Positions 25,879 through 41,556 are shown, numbered from the stretch's first letter. The stretch: 64,000 nt of DNA from Octopus vulgaris (GCA_951406725.2 OX597835.1:45260001-45324000), one strand, 5' to 3'. Numbers and translations are program-made. Notes: a model not told the origin generated them from the letters alone.

Positions 25879-26108
25879 TGGGGAGAGTCATTCTCTTTTA
25901 GTACCTTATTATTTAACACACGCACCGGTAAAATTTCCACTTATTTTGTCTTTTTATTTTCAAAAAATTTTCGTTGCGTCTTGCAACCTTTTCAATAGTC
26001 TTGCAGGACGCAACGAAAATTTTAGGAAAATAAAAAGACGAAATAAGTGGAAATTTTACTGGTGAGTGTGTTAAATAATAAGGTACTAAAAGAGAATGAT
26101 TCTCCCCA
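25879..26108. repeat. Inverted repeat (arms ~108 bp, 14-bp spacer), possibly a Penelope-like inverted terminal repeat
   Basis: tggggagagtcattctcttttagtacc...gcgtcttgcaa / ttgcaggacgc...ggtactaaaagagaatgattctcccca. Confidence 0.88.
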
Positions 26109-26399
26109 GACACAACAGAATATGCTTCAACACTCGAACTCATATAAAGAATCTTGCAAACCAAATCCAAAAACGAAATATTTTGGATTGTGCACTCTGA
26201 AACACTACTAGAAAAAAATGCCCTATTAATAGGACAACAGCTGGAATCAGAGCTCCTTCCCTATAAACGTTCACCATGTGACTCCAGAACATACTGAGAA
26301 TATTAAAATAAGATATACGAGTCTTATATTATTTTTTTATCCATCAGTAGAAAACTGAAATATTTCCGTTCGAAAAAAACTTCAGTATTGGTTTCATCT

Positions 26400-26563
26400 T
26401 TTGTCACAGGGCCGGCAATTTCAAGAGCGGGATCAGGTCGTTTGAATTGACGCCAGTGCTTAATTAGTAATTATTTCATCGACCCTGAAAGGATGAAAGA
26501 CAAAGTCGAGATCGGAGAAATTTGAACTCAGAACATAAAGACGGACGAAATGCCGTTAAGCGT
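26400..26563 (-). mobile_element. Decayed family-A SINE
   Basis: atcgaccctgaaaggatgaaagacaaagtcg..tttgaactcagaac. Confidence 0.7.
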
Positions 26564-27189
26564 TAAGAAATGATAATATTGAAATAAATGCGTCTCCTCC
26601 ACGGGCATGCGCAAAGAAATTGATCCAAATGATACGATGTGCTGTGATGTGATAGGATACACGACGCGTGGCATAAAACGGCTAATTTACATTTTGAAAC
26701 CAATAAACATCTTAATTAGGTATTCTCTGTTGAATGACTAAAGTTTTACAGCAACGTAAAGTAATTAGTATTGTAATCTCGTGAATAACATCTTTATATA
26801 TATAAAAGCGTGTGTCTATGTGTTCGTGTGTGTTTATGTCTAGAAGCATACTTGCACACACGTACACACGTAGACACACACACATATATATATATGCACA
26901 TAGGAGAAAAGTGGATGAGCATGACATGCATTTGTGCCAGTTTTCTGAGAATGAAGAGAGAGAATTTGAATAGATGTTCTTCTCAAATTTCGGTCACCGA
27001 TTCTTATGTCTTCTATTAGGAATACTGACCTTGTATGACGCTGCTAGGAGCTGTATGATTGAGGAAACCCTAAGATGAATACGATGGACGTTATTTGACA
27101 ATCAGCAATTGTCGGTTTAAAAGGTTTTCCTTGTTGTTTAAGAAAGATCATTTACAATTATTACAATCAGTATTACAATGATTATAAGG

Positions 27190-27556
27190 AGATGAAATGG
27201 CAGAAACGTTAGCACGCCGGGCGAAATGCTTAGCGGTATTTCGTCCGTCTTTACGTTCTGAGTTCAAATTACGACGAGGCCGTCTTTGCCTTTCATGCTT
27301 TCAGGGTCGATAAATTAAGAACAAGTTGCGTACTGGGATCGATCTAGTCGACTGGCCTCGTACCCCAACATTTCGGGCCTTATACCTTGGGAAAAAAGAT
27401 TATTATAATGATTATCATAAGTCCGCTGTGGCCGACTTTGTTTTTCATCATTTCGGGGTCAATAGAATAAGAACCAGTCAAGCACTGGGGTTAATGTAAT
27501 CGACTTATCCACCCCACACCCAAAATTTTCGGCTTTGTGCCTATAGAAGAATCGAT
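27190..27556 (+). mobile_element. Two adjacent decayed family-A SINEs (alternative ccccaaatttcgggcc tail)
   Basis: Cores at ~27285 and ~27435. Confidence 0.72.
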
Positions 27557-27870
27557 TATGATAATTATCATAAAAAGGTAGCCACTGAATAGAACGCCTG
27601 TCAGTAACTGTTCTGACTATTTCAGTTACAATGCAGCTGAAATTCCTTTTATTCTCAATATTTTGGGGTTTCATAGAAGCCAGCTTCGAACTGGCATCTT
27701 TTGGATCGAAGTATCTTAGTATATATCTCTCCCTCATTATGCAAACGTATTGGTTCGGCCGAAAAGTACACGAGGTTATTGTCGACACTAAACTTCAAGC
27801 ACCCTAATAAGTATCTAGCTTTAGTACGCCGCTTGCGCATACATGCTTACTATACACGGAAATATCAACG

Positions 27871-28289
27871 TAGGCGCAGGAGTGGCTGTGTGGTAAGTAG
27901 CTTGCTAAACAACCACATGGTTCCGGGTTCAGTCCCACTGCGTGGCATCTTGGGCAAGTGTCTTCTGCTATAGCCCCGGACCGACCAATGCCTTGTGAGT
28001 GGATTTGGTAAACGGAAACTGAAAGAAGCCTGTCATATATATGTATATATATATGTATGTGTGTGTGTTTGTGTGTCTGTGTTTGTCCCCCTAGCATTGC
28101 TTGACAACCGATGCTGGTGTGTTTACGTCCTCGTCACTTAGCGGTTCGGCAAAAGAGACTGATAGAATAAGTACTGGGCTTACAAATAATAAGTCCCGGG
28201 GTCGATTTGCTCGACTAAAAGGCGGTGCTCCAGCATGGCCGCAGTCAAATGACTGAAACAAGTAAAAGAGTAAAAAGAGTAAAAGAGTA
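27871..28289 (+). mobile_element. Family-B SINE
   Basis: Full-length match to the 23721 copy; (taaaagag)n tail. Confidence 0.88.
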
Positions 28290-28369
28290 GTTCGACACAA
28301 ACTCGCGACAAGACACGACGTATTTTGTGTGCTCGGGATCGCGCTGAAAAGGGAAAACTGAAGCTAACT

Positions 28370-29540
28370 TTATAGGCGCTTCATGTTTTTCTTATATTTC
28401 TGTTTAAGAACATATAAGAAAGAGACGAAACCTGCATGAAGATATGCGCTATATACAGTGATGATGCTGTTATGGAACGTGTGCTCGAAGTGGCTTAACC
28501 AGATTTCGGTTAGGAAAGTTTTCGATTCAAGAGGATTAGTCAAGAATGGTTAGACCTAATGTTAAGGCGGCGAGCTGGCAGAATCGGTAGCACGCTGGGC
28601 GAAATGCTGAGCGGTATTTCGTCTGCCGCTACGTTCTGAGTTCAAATTCCGCCGAGGTCGACTTTGCCTTTCACCCTTTCAGGGTCGATTAAATAGGTAC
28701 CAGTTACGCACTGGGGTCGAATTATCGACTTAACTCGTTTGTCTGTCCTTGTTTATCCTCTCTGTGTTTATCCCCTTGTGGGTAGTAAAGAAATAGGTTA
28801 GACCTAATGTTCAAATATACAAATAAAGTATTAAAAAACTATATCCATCAGCTTGGTTACAGCAGCAGGCTCGATATTTATGCTCCACGTCAGTTGAATG
28901 AGGCTGACCTCGTCCAATGGATCTCCATCAGTGATTTGTTGCAGAAACGTTTACGAAAACGAGCCGCTTTTAAAAAGAATACTGAAGAAGGCCAAAATGC
29001 GATCGTCTCTAAGAATGTAGAGTACAGAATCGTAGGGAAATGTGGTGTATTACCACAATAAAACCCCAGGTACGGTCTTCACCTACAGAATGTTTTGCTG
29101 TCAGTTCAGTAGGATCGGAAGGGCGTTGCCTCTAACTAACCTCTTCCGACGGACGGGACCATAAATTTCAATATATACTGTGACCAACCGGACTATATAA
29201 TCGCAGTTATCAACCAGGAGCTCCCGTCACTTGATAATCGTCTTTCATCAGGTTAATACCAGATTGCACACATCTTATGTTGTCGCGGTAAAATTTACTG
29301 GAGCCTGGACGAATAGTTTTGCCGCGCCTTCCATAATCGCCCGACGTTGTGCCTTCAGATATAAACCTGTTTCAGTCCCATTCATTGAATGGACAGACCT
29401 TCAATTATGATGAGGATGTAACTGTTCAACGGAATGCGCTTTTCGCAGGTAAAGACAGAAAATTCTTTAGGCAGGAAATAATAGATCTACCCATAAGATT
29501 GATGATACTAAAGGAAACTGCAATTATATAATTGATTGAA
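28370..29540 (+). mobile_element. Decayed mariner (Mos1-like) transposase relic interrupted by a SINE
   Basis: ICAIYSDDAV (HTH region), YAPRQL (WVPHxL-like), VLLSV..DRKGV, SPDVVPSD (YSPDLAPSD-like); many stops. Confidence 0.75.
28564..28795 (+). mobile_element. Family-A SINE with 16-bp TSD inside the mariner relic
   Basis: TSD ggttagacctaatgtt at 28548-28563 and 28796-28811. Confidence 0.92.
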
Positions 29541-29587
29541 TCTCTCGCTTTGTGTTTATAACTAGGCTTGAAAGCAGGTCACTACCA

Positions 29588-29895
29588 GCAGTTCGTCGGT
29601 TACCACGTCGAGTATTGTCGTTGACACACAACCAGCAGAACAGCCTGCTCAAAAATTTAATGTGGAAGTGGCTGAGTACACCTCAGACACGCGTATGATT
29701 AACAGCGTTCTCAGGGAGATTCAGCGTGGCACAGAATGTGAAATACCGGTGCAATTCATTTTCGCCCCTTTGGTGGACAGGTGCGGCGTGAAATAAAATG
29801 TCTTGCTCACGGTCACAATGCACCACCAGCTATCGAACTCGTGACCTTACGACCGTGAGCCGTATACGCTAACCACTTAGCCAAGCTCTTTCACT
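29588..29895 (-). mobile_element. tRNA-derived SINE: family-D-like head with family-C 3' tail
   Basis: Head tggctaagtggttagcg..gagttcgat, gagcaagacattttatttc; tail gagcaggctgttc..gtaaccgacg. Confidence 0.72.
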
Positions 29896-29973
29896 GAGGG
29901 GTAATTAGTAAACGAATGCGACACACACACACAGACACACACACACACACACACACGCGCACACACACACACG

Positions 29974-30009
<36 letters not shown>

Positions 30010-30944
30010 CGCCCACACAGCGATGCAGAAAGAATCCCCAGGCGAAGAAAGGAGAGGGTATAAATATACTATGTTCTGAGATGGTTCCACATAGGGCATA
30101 CCGAAACCAGTGGAAGCTATAATAATGCTGCCATTCACTTATCTCTGAAATATTTCCTTATTATTCACAACTAATAACTCGGAATAATATGAAGAGAAAA
30201 AAGAATGTTTTTCTTGGACTTAAAACTGATTCCAGTAAGATTCTAGCGTAAATAAGTCATCTTTTACAGTGCTGGACACATCTGGATTATTCTGTAACAG
30301 AGTTTTCTATCATGAAACGAAATTCTGCTCCGATGAAGTTCGCCTTTCATCCGCGAACGGTGGATGAAATTAAGTAGCTCTGAAATACTGGCGATCGATT
30401 TGATAATCCGATAAAGCATCTGAGAGGAGAAAAGGATTAACATGAAAGTGAAAAACAACTGGATAGTATGAATGATTTACACACAGTAAAACCTTAATGA
30501 AACTCAACCTTTAGCATAAAGGCGCCTTACTGGGTATTTGCTATTTAAACTCGTAAATGGAGAGGCTACGTTGGAAAAAATCGTCTCTAAGATAGGCTTA
30601 AACTAATTTGGTATCGCTGATAATAATGCATTAATTATTTAATACTAAGGCACGAATCTGCAGGAGTGTCTGCTCGAATGAAAGCCAGAGAAGTTGACGT
30701 ATTTCTTTTACTATCTTACGTTATTCGGTGCGCTTTCCTCTAGGCTCAGTTCAAAAATGCATGGAGATCAACATCAATTTTATGCTTTCGCAGACGAAGG
30801 ATACATATCAGACCAAGACCTATTTATTATTCCACCCCACCCGCCACTTTATATGAAGAGGGATTCAAATATTTCTTTCACTTTTCAAGTAAATATGTAT
30901 CCTTACATAAATACGTGTATGCATATGTACATCTTTCTATACCT

Positions 30945-30971
30945 ATCTCTCTCTCTCTCTCTCTCTCCGTG

Positions 30972-31034
<63 letters not shown>

Positions 31035-31049
31035 TTATCTATCTATCTA

Positions 31050-31138
<89 letters not shown>

Positions 31139-31160
31139 ATATATGTATATATATATATAT
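30945..31160. repeat. (CT)n/(TCTA)n/(TCTG)n microsatellite
   Basis: Direct reading. Confidence 0.95.
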
Positions 31161-31699
31161 AATTATCTATCTGTCTCTCTATCAATCTATCGAACATGGT
31201 TTCAGTCCCTCTATGTGACACCTTGGGCAAGTGTGTTCTACTACAGCCTCGGGTCGAATAAAGCCTTTCGAGTGAAAATGAAAAAGTCTCCTGCCTTGGC
31301 CTTTCAACAGAAAGGAGTAAGAGAAAATAAGCGGAGAGAGAATAAAAGTAACTTGTAGATATCAGCTGTCCAACATGGCGATTCATTGCGAAAAAAGCGT
31401 TTGAAAGAAAGGGAGATAATAATAATAAAACGTGTTGTTGAAGGAAAGGGAGATAATGAAGTGCTAGTGATCCCGACAAGAGAAGGTGTGCATACGAATG
31501 TGAGTATGTGAGAATGATGTGTGAGAGTGTGTAAGCGTGTATGTGTGAATAGGGGCGAGTGACACTCACGTGTATGAGTGTGTGCGTGTCTCACATGCGT
31601 GTGTGTGTGTGTGACGAAACAGTGTGCACGTGTATGATGTATAACCGTGGGCAAAAGTTATCCATGTCTACATATGTTACGTCTGTTAATGCGTGTTGC

Positions 31700-31735
<36 letters not shown>

Positions 31736-31858
31736 CATGCGTTTAGGTATTATGTAATATGTATATTATACATAGATACACACACACATATATGTATGTG
31801 TGTGTATATGTGTATGTATATATATGTATATATATATAAACACAAACATACACATATA

Positions 31859-31901
<43 letters not shown>

Positions 31902-32050
31902 ATAATATTATCGCCATACTAATATGGCATTCTTATAAAAATAAGAAAAAGCTGTCCGCTTATTAGCTCCATGAGGCCATCGCCTTAAGTTAGCTATTTG
32001 ATAGCACAAACTGTATCCATATAACCTTCGAGAGACTTAGTTATTTAGCA

Positions 32051-32144
<94 letters not shown>

Positions 32145-32559
32145 ATGTATATATATATATCAACTGAATACCTACCTTTATTCATGCAGAAACGTTTTCC
32201 TCCTGTATACACACAAACTATTTATTCACGCACTTCTATCTATCAATATATATATATACTTACGCACATTCACCAGATAACTTATCGCTGCATTAGGTGA
32301 GTCATAATATTTATTACGTGTACTAAGATTATCGATCACATCTCCTGCTATTAGAGCAAATTTCCAAACACTGTATTTTAGGTTCCATACTTCCACTCTA
32401 TCATTGGCATTAATCTTACCAACTGCGGCAAAATCGACCCATTATTTTAGTATACTAATACTGACCAACCATTCATTTATTGCTACATTTTCACTTTTTG
32501 TCTTTCTGTTTTTTCTGCTTCTCCATTCATCCATCCATCTTCTGCTCTCTCCTGCTTTC

Positions 32560-33625
<1,066 letters not shown>

Positions 33626-34892
33626 TGTATCTTTTCTTCTTCCCTTCTATTCTTTCAATGCTTAGCGTCATTTCTTCAAAACCTTAACGTTTGAAGTTCG
33701 TATTCCACTCTGTGTGTGACTCTGCCTTTCATCCATTCGGCGTCGATAAATTAGTTACTCGTCGAGCACTGAATTCGATGTAATCAATTAAACCTCTCTC
33801 ACTTCTCTGTCCGTCCGTCAGTCTGTCTGTCTCACTCCCACTCTCTTTTTGTGTCTCTCCCCTACCCTCTCTAAAATTTCTGTCCGAGTTCCACAGTTTG
33901 AAACCAGCAATTATTACTACTACTAATATTCTGTGACATGTCTTTCCTTTCGAATATGGCGATTGATTTTGTGAGAAATCTTAGAGTCTAAACGGTCACT
34001 TTGACATGTTCTAAATGTCACAAACCCGCTATTTTGAGACAGGAACCAAATACAGGATGATGTAGTGTTAGGCAATGAATGTACGCAGGCGTCTGATGGT
34101 TACAGCTGGAACGTTTTTGATCAGGACTTTCATGATCAGGACTAACATTTGCAAACGATATTAAATTCAAACCTTAATGCCAACGAATACCGCCAACGAT
34201 GAATTTATTCATTGATTACTCAACATGGCAGCAATGGCAGCGGAGGCTTTCTCAGATCACGCCTGACTGTTTCACGAAAGGACATATTTGTAAGCGTACT
34301 GGGTTTTCTGCTCGTAGGATAGAACGGGAATGTTGCGTCTGCAAAGCATGGACGATAGTTCAGCGCGATTAGGAATGGACTCAACAAGAACAACAACATC
34401 AATGAAGCATCGACCCAGCGGCTTTGCTTCTATGTGGTCTGTTAACTTGCTTGAGATAGCAACCAAATATCAACCAAATCACACGGTAGAAACTTTGACA
34501 AGAAAATTTTCGATAATAAAGCCCTGCGTTCCTTCATATAGAAAAAGACGGAATCGTCACGGATGGAGTGTATCTCTGACCAACTTATTTAGGAATATTT
34601 TGGGTGTCAACTCTACAATCGATAAAGAAAACACGTAGTTTTTAAAACAAGAAAACATCTTAAAACAGTGATGAACATATAACATAATATATTTCTCGAT
34701 AGATTATTCCCGGAAGTAGATGTGACTGGCATGGTCGGAACACCTTTTATGATATGTGTTTATAAGAGCTGACATGGTGTAAACTACGAAACAAAATGCT
34801 TCTAAAAACAATATTTACACAAATCAAAAAGTATCGTTCTACATTGTTATGCAACCAAAACTCTGAGAGGAGTCTTACATTTTTAACCAATA

Positions 34893-35069
34893 TAGGCGCA
34901 GGCGTTGGTGTATGGTAAAAATAATTGCTTCTCAACCTCATGGTTTCGGGATTGGTCCCACTATGTGGAACCTTGGCAAAGTGTGTTCTACTATAGCCTC
35001 TGGCCGAATAAAGCCTTGCGAGTGAATTTGTTAGATGGAAACTGAAAGAAACCCGTCGTATGTACATAC

Positions 35070-35115
<46 letters not shown>

Positions 35116-35350
35116 GTGTGTGTGTGTTTGTGTGTATGTGTGTGTGTGTGTGTTTGTCCCCGCTATCACTTGACCACTGCTGGTGTGTTTTTACGTCCCC
35201 GTAAGCTAAAGTTTAGGCAAAGGTGCATGACAGAATGAATAGCAGGCTTTCGAAAACAAAATACTGCGCGGTGGATTAATTTGACTAAAATGCTTCACGG
35301 TGGTGCTGCAGCATGGCCTCAGGCAAATGACAGAGACAAGTAAAAGACAA
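34893..35350 (+). mobile_element. Decayed family-B SINE
   Basis: taggcgcaggcgttggtgtatggtaa..ccttggcaaag..ggtggtgctgcagcatggcc. Confidence 0.78.
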
Positions 35351-36833
35351 AGTTAAAACAGTCGGTTTATATATTTAATGTCACCTTTAATTGAAGGAGC
35401 ATCTAAGTCGACACAGGAACGTTTAATTGTGATGAGAAATATTGGTACACTCGATACTGCAACATATGTAGTGTATGACCAAAGACATGGAAGACGAGTT
35501 GGTCATGGTTGGAAATAAATCTGATCAGAGATTAGATCAATCACCCTTGTCCTGGATGTGAAAGTAATAATGCCAACGCATGCACACACGGTACAGATGC
35601 CCGTTCGCTAGAGGTTCGAATACTTGTGCATATAGGCAGCGCTTATGTATATTGTGAATCTTGTACATTTTTTCCCCCGAGGGGAAAAGAAATCATACGA
35701 AAAATAACTTCCTCACAGCAATTAGAACTTACTATGCTTCTGTTTCCATATGAGAGCTATTGTGTCTTTCTGCGTTTGTGAATAGTTGACGTTGGATGTG
35801 CTTGGGTGTGCCTGAATAAAATGTGCTTCAACAGCTCTGGAACATCGATCTGTACTTTTGCGAAACGAAGAAAGAAAACAAAAAAAGATTTAGAAAAAAG
35901 TAAAGAGAAAAATAATAGCATGGAGAAACAACCCAAAACGAACACAAAATTACAAGGGTGGGGGGGAACAACCCAATAATACACAAAGAGAAAACCCATA
36001 AGTGATTGCAGAAAATATGGAGACTTCCCATTTCACAAAAGAACCAGTGAATAAGTACGAGTAAGTAGGAAATAAGGCAGCTAGGAATATGCGTTTGTGA
36101 AAATAGCTGTTAGATCAGGTTTAACAGAGTGAGAGAAAAACGGCGTAAAAGAGCCAGGAAAATCACGTCGAAGTTGTTAGACTGAAAAGATGAATGGCGT
36201 ATATTTGAACTTTTGCCATCCTTTGGTTAATTGCACCAATTATTCTGAGAAATCATTGTGAGGTTTTTTTTTATCATTTTTATTTGCCGTTTTTATTATT
36301 GTTTGTTTTTTCTATTGTTGGTTATTTATTTTTCCTACTATTTGTTTGGCGTATTGGATATTGTATAGTCTATATTGTTTCCATTTACGTTTATACATAC
36401 TTATATATATACACACGCACACACACACAAATTTGTATTTAGATATATGTAGACATATGTATGCAAATACTAATTCGTACACACAGAGACACACACGCAT
36501 ATATATATGTATATATATATATATATTTACCTACACATAACTATGCATATATGTATACATTAGATATACATGTATGTGCATATACCTATTATATATTTAT
36601 ATTAAATATATATATATATATATATATATCGATATAAACATATGCACTTACACGCACAGACACATGCATATATATGTATATATAGTATATATATGGATAT
36701 GTATATATATATGTCTGTATATACGAATGATACAAACACGCAGCATAAAGCCATACCCACATAAAAGCGTATAATCGCACATACACATCATTCATGAAAA
36801 CACACGCACACACATATCCATTTGTATATGTAA

Positions 36834-36906
<73 letters not shown>

Positions 36907-37209
36907 TCTGTATATTTATTGGGGAGGCGCGTGTTTATCAATTGTTGAACTTTATGTATATCATTTCTTTGTTGTATTGTAGTCAACTCCCATTATTTGT
37001 TTATATATATTTTTTGTTAAGTCGTGTGTTTTTATATTTCGTTTTTACACATCATGAAACAATTTCCATTTAAAGCAGCTCCATGAATGTGAAATTCCTA
37101 AAATTGGCTTCTACCGTTTGTAAAGAGAGCAACCTCTCCATACGTCCATACATGTATATATAAAGAAATGGATACATACATACAGAGTCAAATATATAAA
37201 ATACGTATG

Positions 37210-37260
<51 letters not shown>

Positions 37261-37359
37261 TATATAACATATGTTTGTATCTATGCATATATGTATGTAT
37301 CCATATATATATATATATATACGTATATACATGGATACATACATATATGCATGGATACA

Positions 37360-37414
<55 letters not shown>

Positions 37415-37543
37415 GGTTACATACGTATATGTAAATGCATGAATATATATATATGTATATATATATATGTATAATGATAATGACTAAAACTAATACTACT
37501 ACTAATAATAATGCTAATAATAATAATAATAATATTAATAATA

Positions 37544-37610
<67 letters not shown>

Positions 37611-38879
37611 TGATGATGATGATGATGATGATGATACATCTGTGTGTTTGTTTGTTAGTTTGTGTGTCTGGATATGTGTACAGATGTGTAATTCTCAATG
37701 TAAGTATACATCTGCGCATACAAGCGTACCTATTTGTATGAGAGTGTGTGAGTATGCATGCACGTGTATGTGTGTGCATATATTTATATGTCCTTTTGAG
37801 CACAGAGTCTTCTCTTTAAATTTATCTCATTTCGTGTACGTAACATATAAAACATCATGGAAAAACTTCACATATTCATACCCAACTTGAAATATACAAA
37901 TATATACACATGACTTGGCATATCTCTAACTGAACATACATGCGTACTTGTGTGTTTTTCGTGTGAATATATCTCTAGGCACATATATACGCAGACATGT
38001 ACACGAACACGTATCTACAAGCGTACGTACGCATAAATATGTTTGTAAGATACTTAATGACACATGAGCAAACATACTTATATATTTAAATTGACACAAA
38101 CTCCTGGATAGAATCATAGATACACTTGTGCTTAGCCATATAAATCCATGCATTGAAGCACATAGATATTATATATACCGTCACAGAAATGGGGAAAATG
38201 TGAAGGGGAATAAAATGCAAAAGACTTGCACCGACGAATTTGAATTGCTTATTATTCTAAGCAGTCTTTTCGTTGGCAGCAATTTAACAGGATGTTTGGG
38301 AGATGGGAATAACAGGTGTAGAGCTCATGACAAAAGACACATAAACTCTAGAAATAGCGATAAGAAAATCCTATGAAATTAAAGCTGTAAATGTTTTTGC
38401 ACGAGTGTTAGAAGAGAGCAGCCACACCTTGAAATCTTACAAGATCTGTGTGAGAAAACCGCGAAAAATCCGTGTTTAATCAATAATCTCGCCTAAAATT
38501 GGATAATATTCACGCGCTGGCTCCACATTGTAAATACCTTTTTCTCTTTCGAGTTTACTTTAAGTTTAAATGAAGATGGTGACAGAAAGAATAATAGCAA
38601 TAACGAAGACAACCTAAAGAATGTAAACAACAGCGGCGGCGATAACAACAAAAACAACAAATTAGGAAATGACGCTAATGGTTAAAGAACATTTTTTTTT
38701 TCATAAATAATTGAAAAATAAACAACGATACAAGACAAAAACTGTATTGATATTCGATGGATTTCATTGATTGTGATTATTTTACCGGTACATATCTATT
38801 GATTCTGGCAAGAAACAATCACGGTAATGAACCTCGACATAACTTTTAAGGAACCACAAGGACAGGTGACCCAGATAAC

Positions 38880-39560
38880 AAATTACTAATATAATACTGA
38901 GTTCTATATTTGTGTATAGCAATTGCTTCAAATCCAGTTTATTACTTTATTTGACCCAAATCCGGACTGCTTCCCTCTGTGCCCCAACATGGGGTCTTCC
39001 CATAAAAAACAAAACATTTCGAGAACTGAATCCCCCAAAGAACATTCACTAAAGGAAGTAAAAGCTATACCTGATCTCGATTATTAGGACTTCTTTAAAA
39101 TATTGAAATTTATCCCCCCACCCTCAGCACCGCCATCAGCGATACATCATTTTCACAATATGTATCACCAGACTTGCCCCAACAGACTTAACATTAGTTT
39201 AAGAATTCATTCAAGATAGGACAACTTTCCACACGTTACCTAAACGATACAGGATGGCAACACATAAATAAACCGCAACACAATTTCTTTTACTCAACAG
39301 GGTCTTCCCTATTTAACATTGTTCCAAAACATTTCAAAGAGGAAAAATACCCCGTTACCTTTGAACGGAATCTAGAAAAAATTCTTCAAGGGATGTCAGA
39401 TAAGTTACGTATACCTGGATACAACTCCCTCAGCATGATCTCCCTACTTGAATGGGTCATGATATCACAACACTTGACTTTAAAAGGGTTTAGCAAATAT
39501 AACAGGATTATATTAGATTAGACATGGCCTAGGCCAATCTTTGGTCGAAACATATCTAAG
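38880..39560 (+). mobile_element. Decayed CR1-group LINE 3' fragment
   Basis: DCFPLCAP (YCSPLWSP-like), IPDLDY, QRYII, LFNIVPK; frameshifted. Confidence 0.6.
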
Positions 39561-39589
39561 GCTGATATATATACATTTAATCCCCTATT

Positions 39590-40346
39590 ATCGTTCTAAA
39601 AGTAAATATAACACCTTCAAAAATAATTACGCTATGAATAGTAGTAAAAATACTTGGTTAATAATTCCGTACGGGAGACAAATTAAATCTAATCTCCCAC
39701 TGCTGTTTCGTCAAGCTATTGTTAGGAATTTTCCAAAAAATTCTAGGTATTACTCTATTATCAATTCACATACGGTTAGGATCGGTTTTTCAGACACAAA
39801 AAATCTCTTACAAATTATCTCTTCACATAATAACAAACTGTTAAATATTAATACATTTACCAATCCTAACATTAATTTAGCTGATACCATCCAACCCTCT
39901 AGAAATATTAATAACAAGGTTATTGTATCTGAAGTCAATTCCAATAGAATTAAGTTTATGTCAAGTAACTCTAAGATTAAAATTCTATATACCAGTGTAT
40001 AATCAGTACTCGTAATAAAGTACGATTTTACATTGGAAGCACATCGTTAGAGTTATCTAAAAGAATTTCTATCAATTACTCAACATTTAGGGATAGAAAT
40101 AAACGTAATAGTACCGGTCTCAGCAAACTGATTTGGGATTTAAAAGACCACAATGAACAATTTCATTTAGAATGGTTGATTCTCTCAATTTCGATACCAT
40201 ATGACAAAGGCAAGGAATTCTGTCTTCTCTGCAATTCTGAGCTATTTTTCATTATTTTTTCTAAAAATACTCTAGTAAACACGGTTATAGAGCGAGCATA
40301 CAGATGTAAACATTGGCAAAAACATACATTTAGTGCATATAAGTAG
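39590..40346 (+). pseudogene. Penelope-like element C-terminal relic (linker + GIY-YIG endonuclease)
   Basis: NSHTVRIGFSDTKNLLQIISSHNNKLL; frameshifted SIYQC..FYIGST..R; TGLSKLIWDLK..W..PY..CLLC..E..CKH. Confidence 0.82.
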
Positions 40347-40547
40347 TCTCTATCATTATATATAATTTAAACTTTAATTTCCTTTATATTTAACATTCAC
40401 TATTAATATCACTACTCTTTCTGTTAGCTACCTATGACGTTATATCATATAACGTTTTTTTAAACAATATTAATACCGTTCTGTCTATCGCTATACAAAT
40501 CCATCATTTTTTGCTAAAATGTCTTATTGACGAGTTTCGTTTTTTTC

Positions 40548-40633
40548 ACTTTCCTGAGGAGAAGATTGCATTGTTTATACCATTTATTCTTTTCAATAGT
40601 ATCAGTGGAATTTTCGAAACATGTGTCCAAAAT
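40548..40633 (+). ncRNA. Hammerhead-ribozyme motif downstream of the GIY-YIG relic
   Basis: CTGAGGA-gaagattgcattg..cagtggaattttc-GAAAC-atgt-GTC; ~12-bp stem II; stem I weak. Confidence 0.68.
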
Positions 40634-40881
40634 TTGATTTACACCTGCGTTAAACTCCATTTATTTATTCATATGTATATATGCTTGAACATATGTATAT
40701 ATATATCAATATGTGTGTATTTTATATGCATATCTGTAATATTAGTAAAACGATATATGTTTATCTAAACAAATGTTGGGTGTATGTGTGTATGTGCGTG
40801 TCTTTGCATATGTATATATATACATCACATTTTCTGGGGCTTCATATATCTGTTAAAATGTCTCTTTCATGAGTACTGCTA

Positions 40882-40972
40882 TTTATATTCTCCCTGAATG
40901 CTAGCTGATCATAATTCATCCTTTCGGATGCATTTTAGATGCGTCCATCGAAACATGTGTAGGAGATATAAA
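40882..40972 (+). ncRNA. Degenerate hammerhead motif
   Basis: Stem I tttatattctcc/ggagatataaa, CTGA (damaged core), catc-GAAAC-atgt-GTA. Confidence 0.5.
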
Positions 40973-41430
40973 GATATAAATGATTTAATAGTATTTTAAG
41001 CGTTTGTTTCCATTTTCTATTTTTTATGTTTTTCTCCTAAATGCCTCTTGCTTGTCCCCGGATTTAAATCCCAGACATGCGTGTCCATTGTTTCTTAGGT
41101 CATAAACAACATTTAGCTACCTTGGAATTATTCCCTCGGATCCTTCCTATATATATTGTACACTTATATGTATATATACTCGATTCAAGGATGTCAATCT
41201 TCATTGGGGATTAAATAATCGAAAAATTCCACTGGTTAATTACTATCATATAAGAAGAAAGTCTGGACGATATGTTAGGGATTATCATAGTAATACATAT
41301 CATTAATAATGAAAGAAAAAAAAAAAAGAATTATGGGTTTATAATTAATGAATTTGTATGATATTTGGTTGATAGTTTTTTTATAAAATACAAGTAAATT
41401 ATAAAGGTCAAAAAAGGAATGGCAGGTGCC

Positions 41431-41556
41431 AAAATCCTACATATGTTTCGATTCATGCCTCCAAGCAATTCGTAATTCTAAGCATTTGAGTAGGGTCAAA
41501 TGTAAACAATCGGTCATCCTTTTCAACTATATGGTGTAGAATCTCATCAGGGTTTT
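41431..41556 (-). ncRNA. Hammerhead-ribozyme motif
   Basis: aaaacc-CTGATGA-gattc..(~80 nt)..gaatc-GAAAC-atat-GTA-ggatttt. Confidence 0.68.

Noticed and set aside
39590-40346. Selenocysteine recoding, as reported for some Penelope-like clades
   Set aside because: No in-frame TGA at a conserved Cys position or SECIS-like hairpin that I can identify; the relic is broken by frameshifts.
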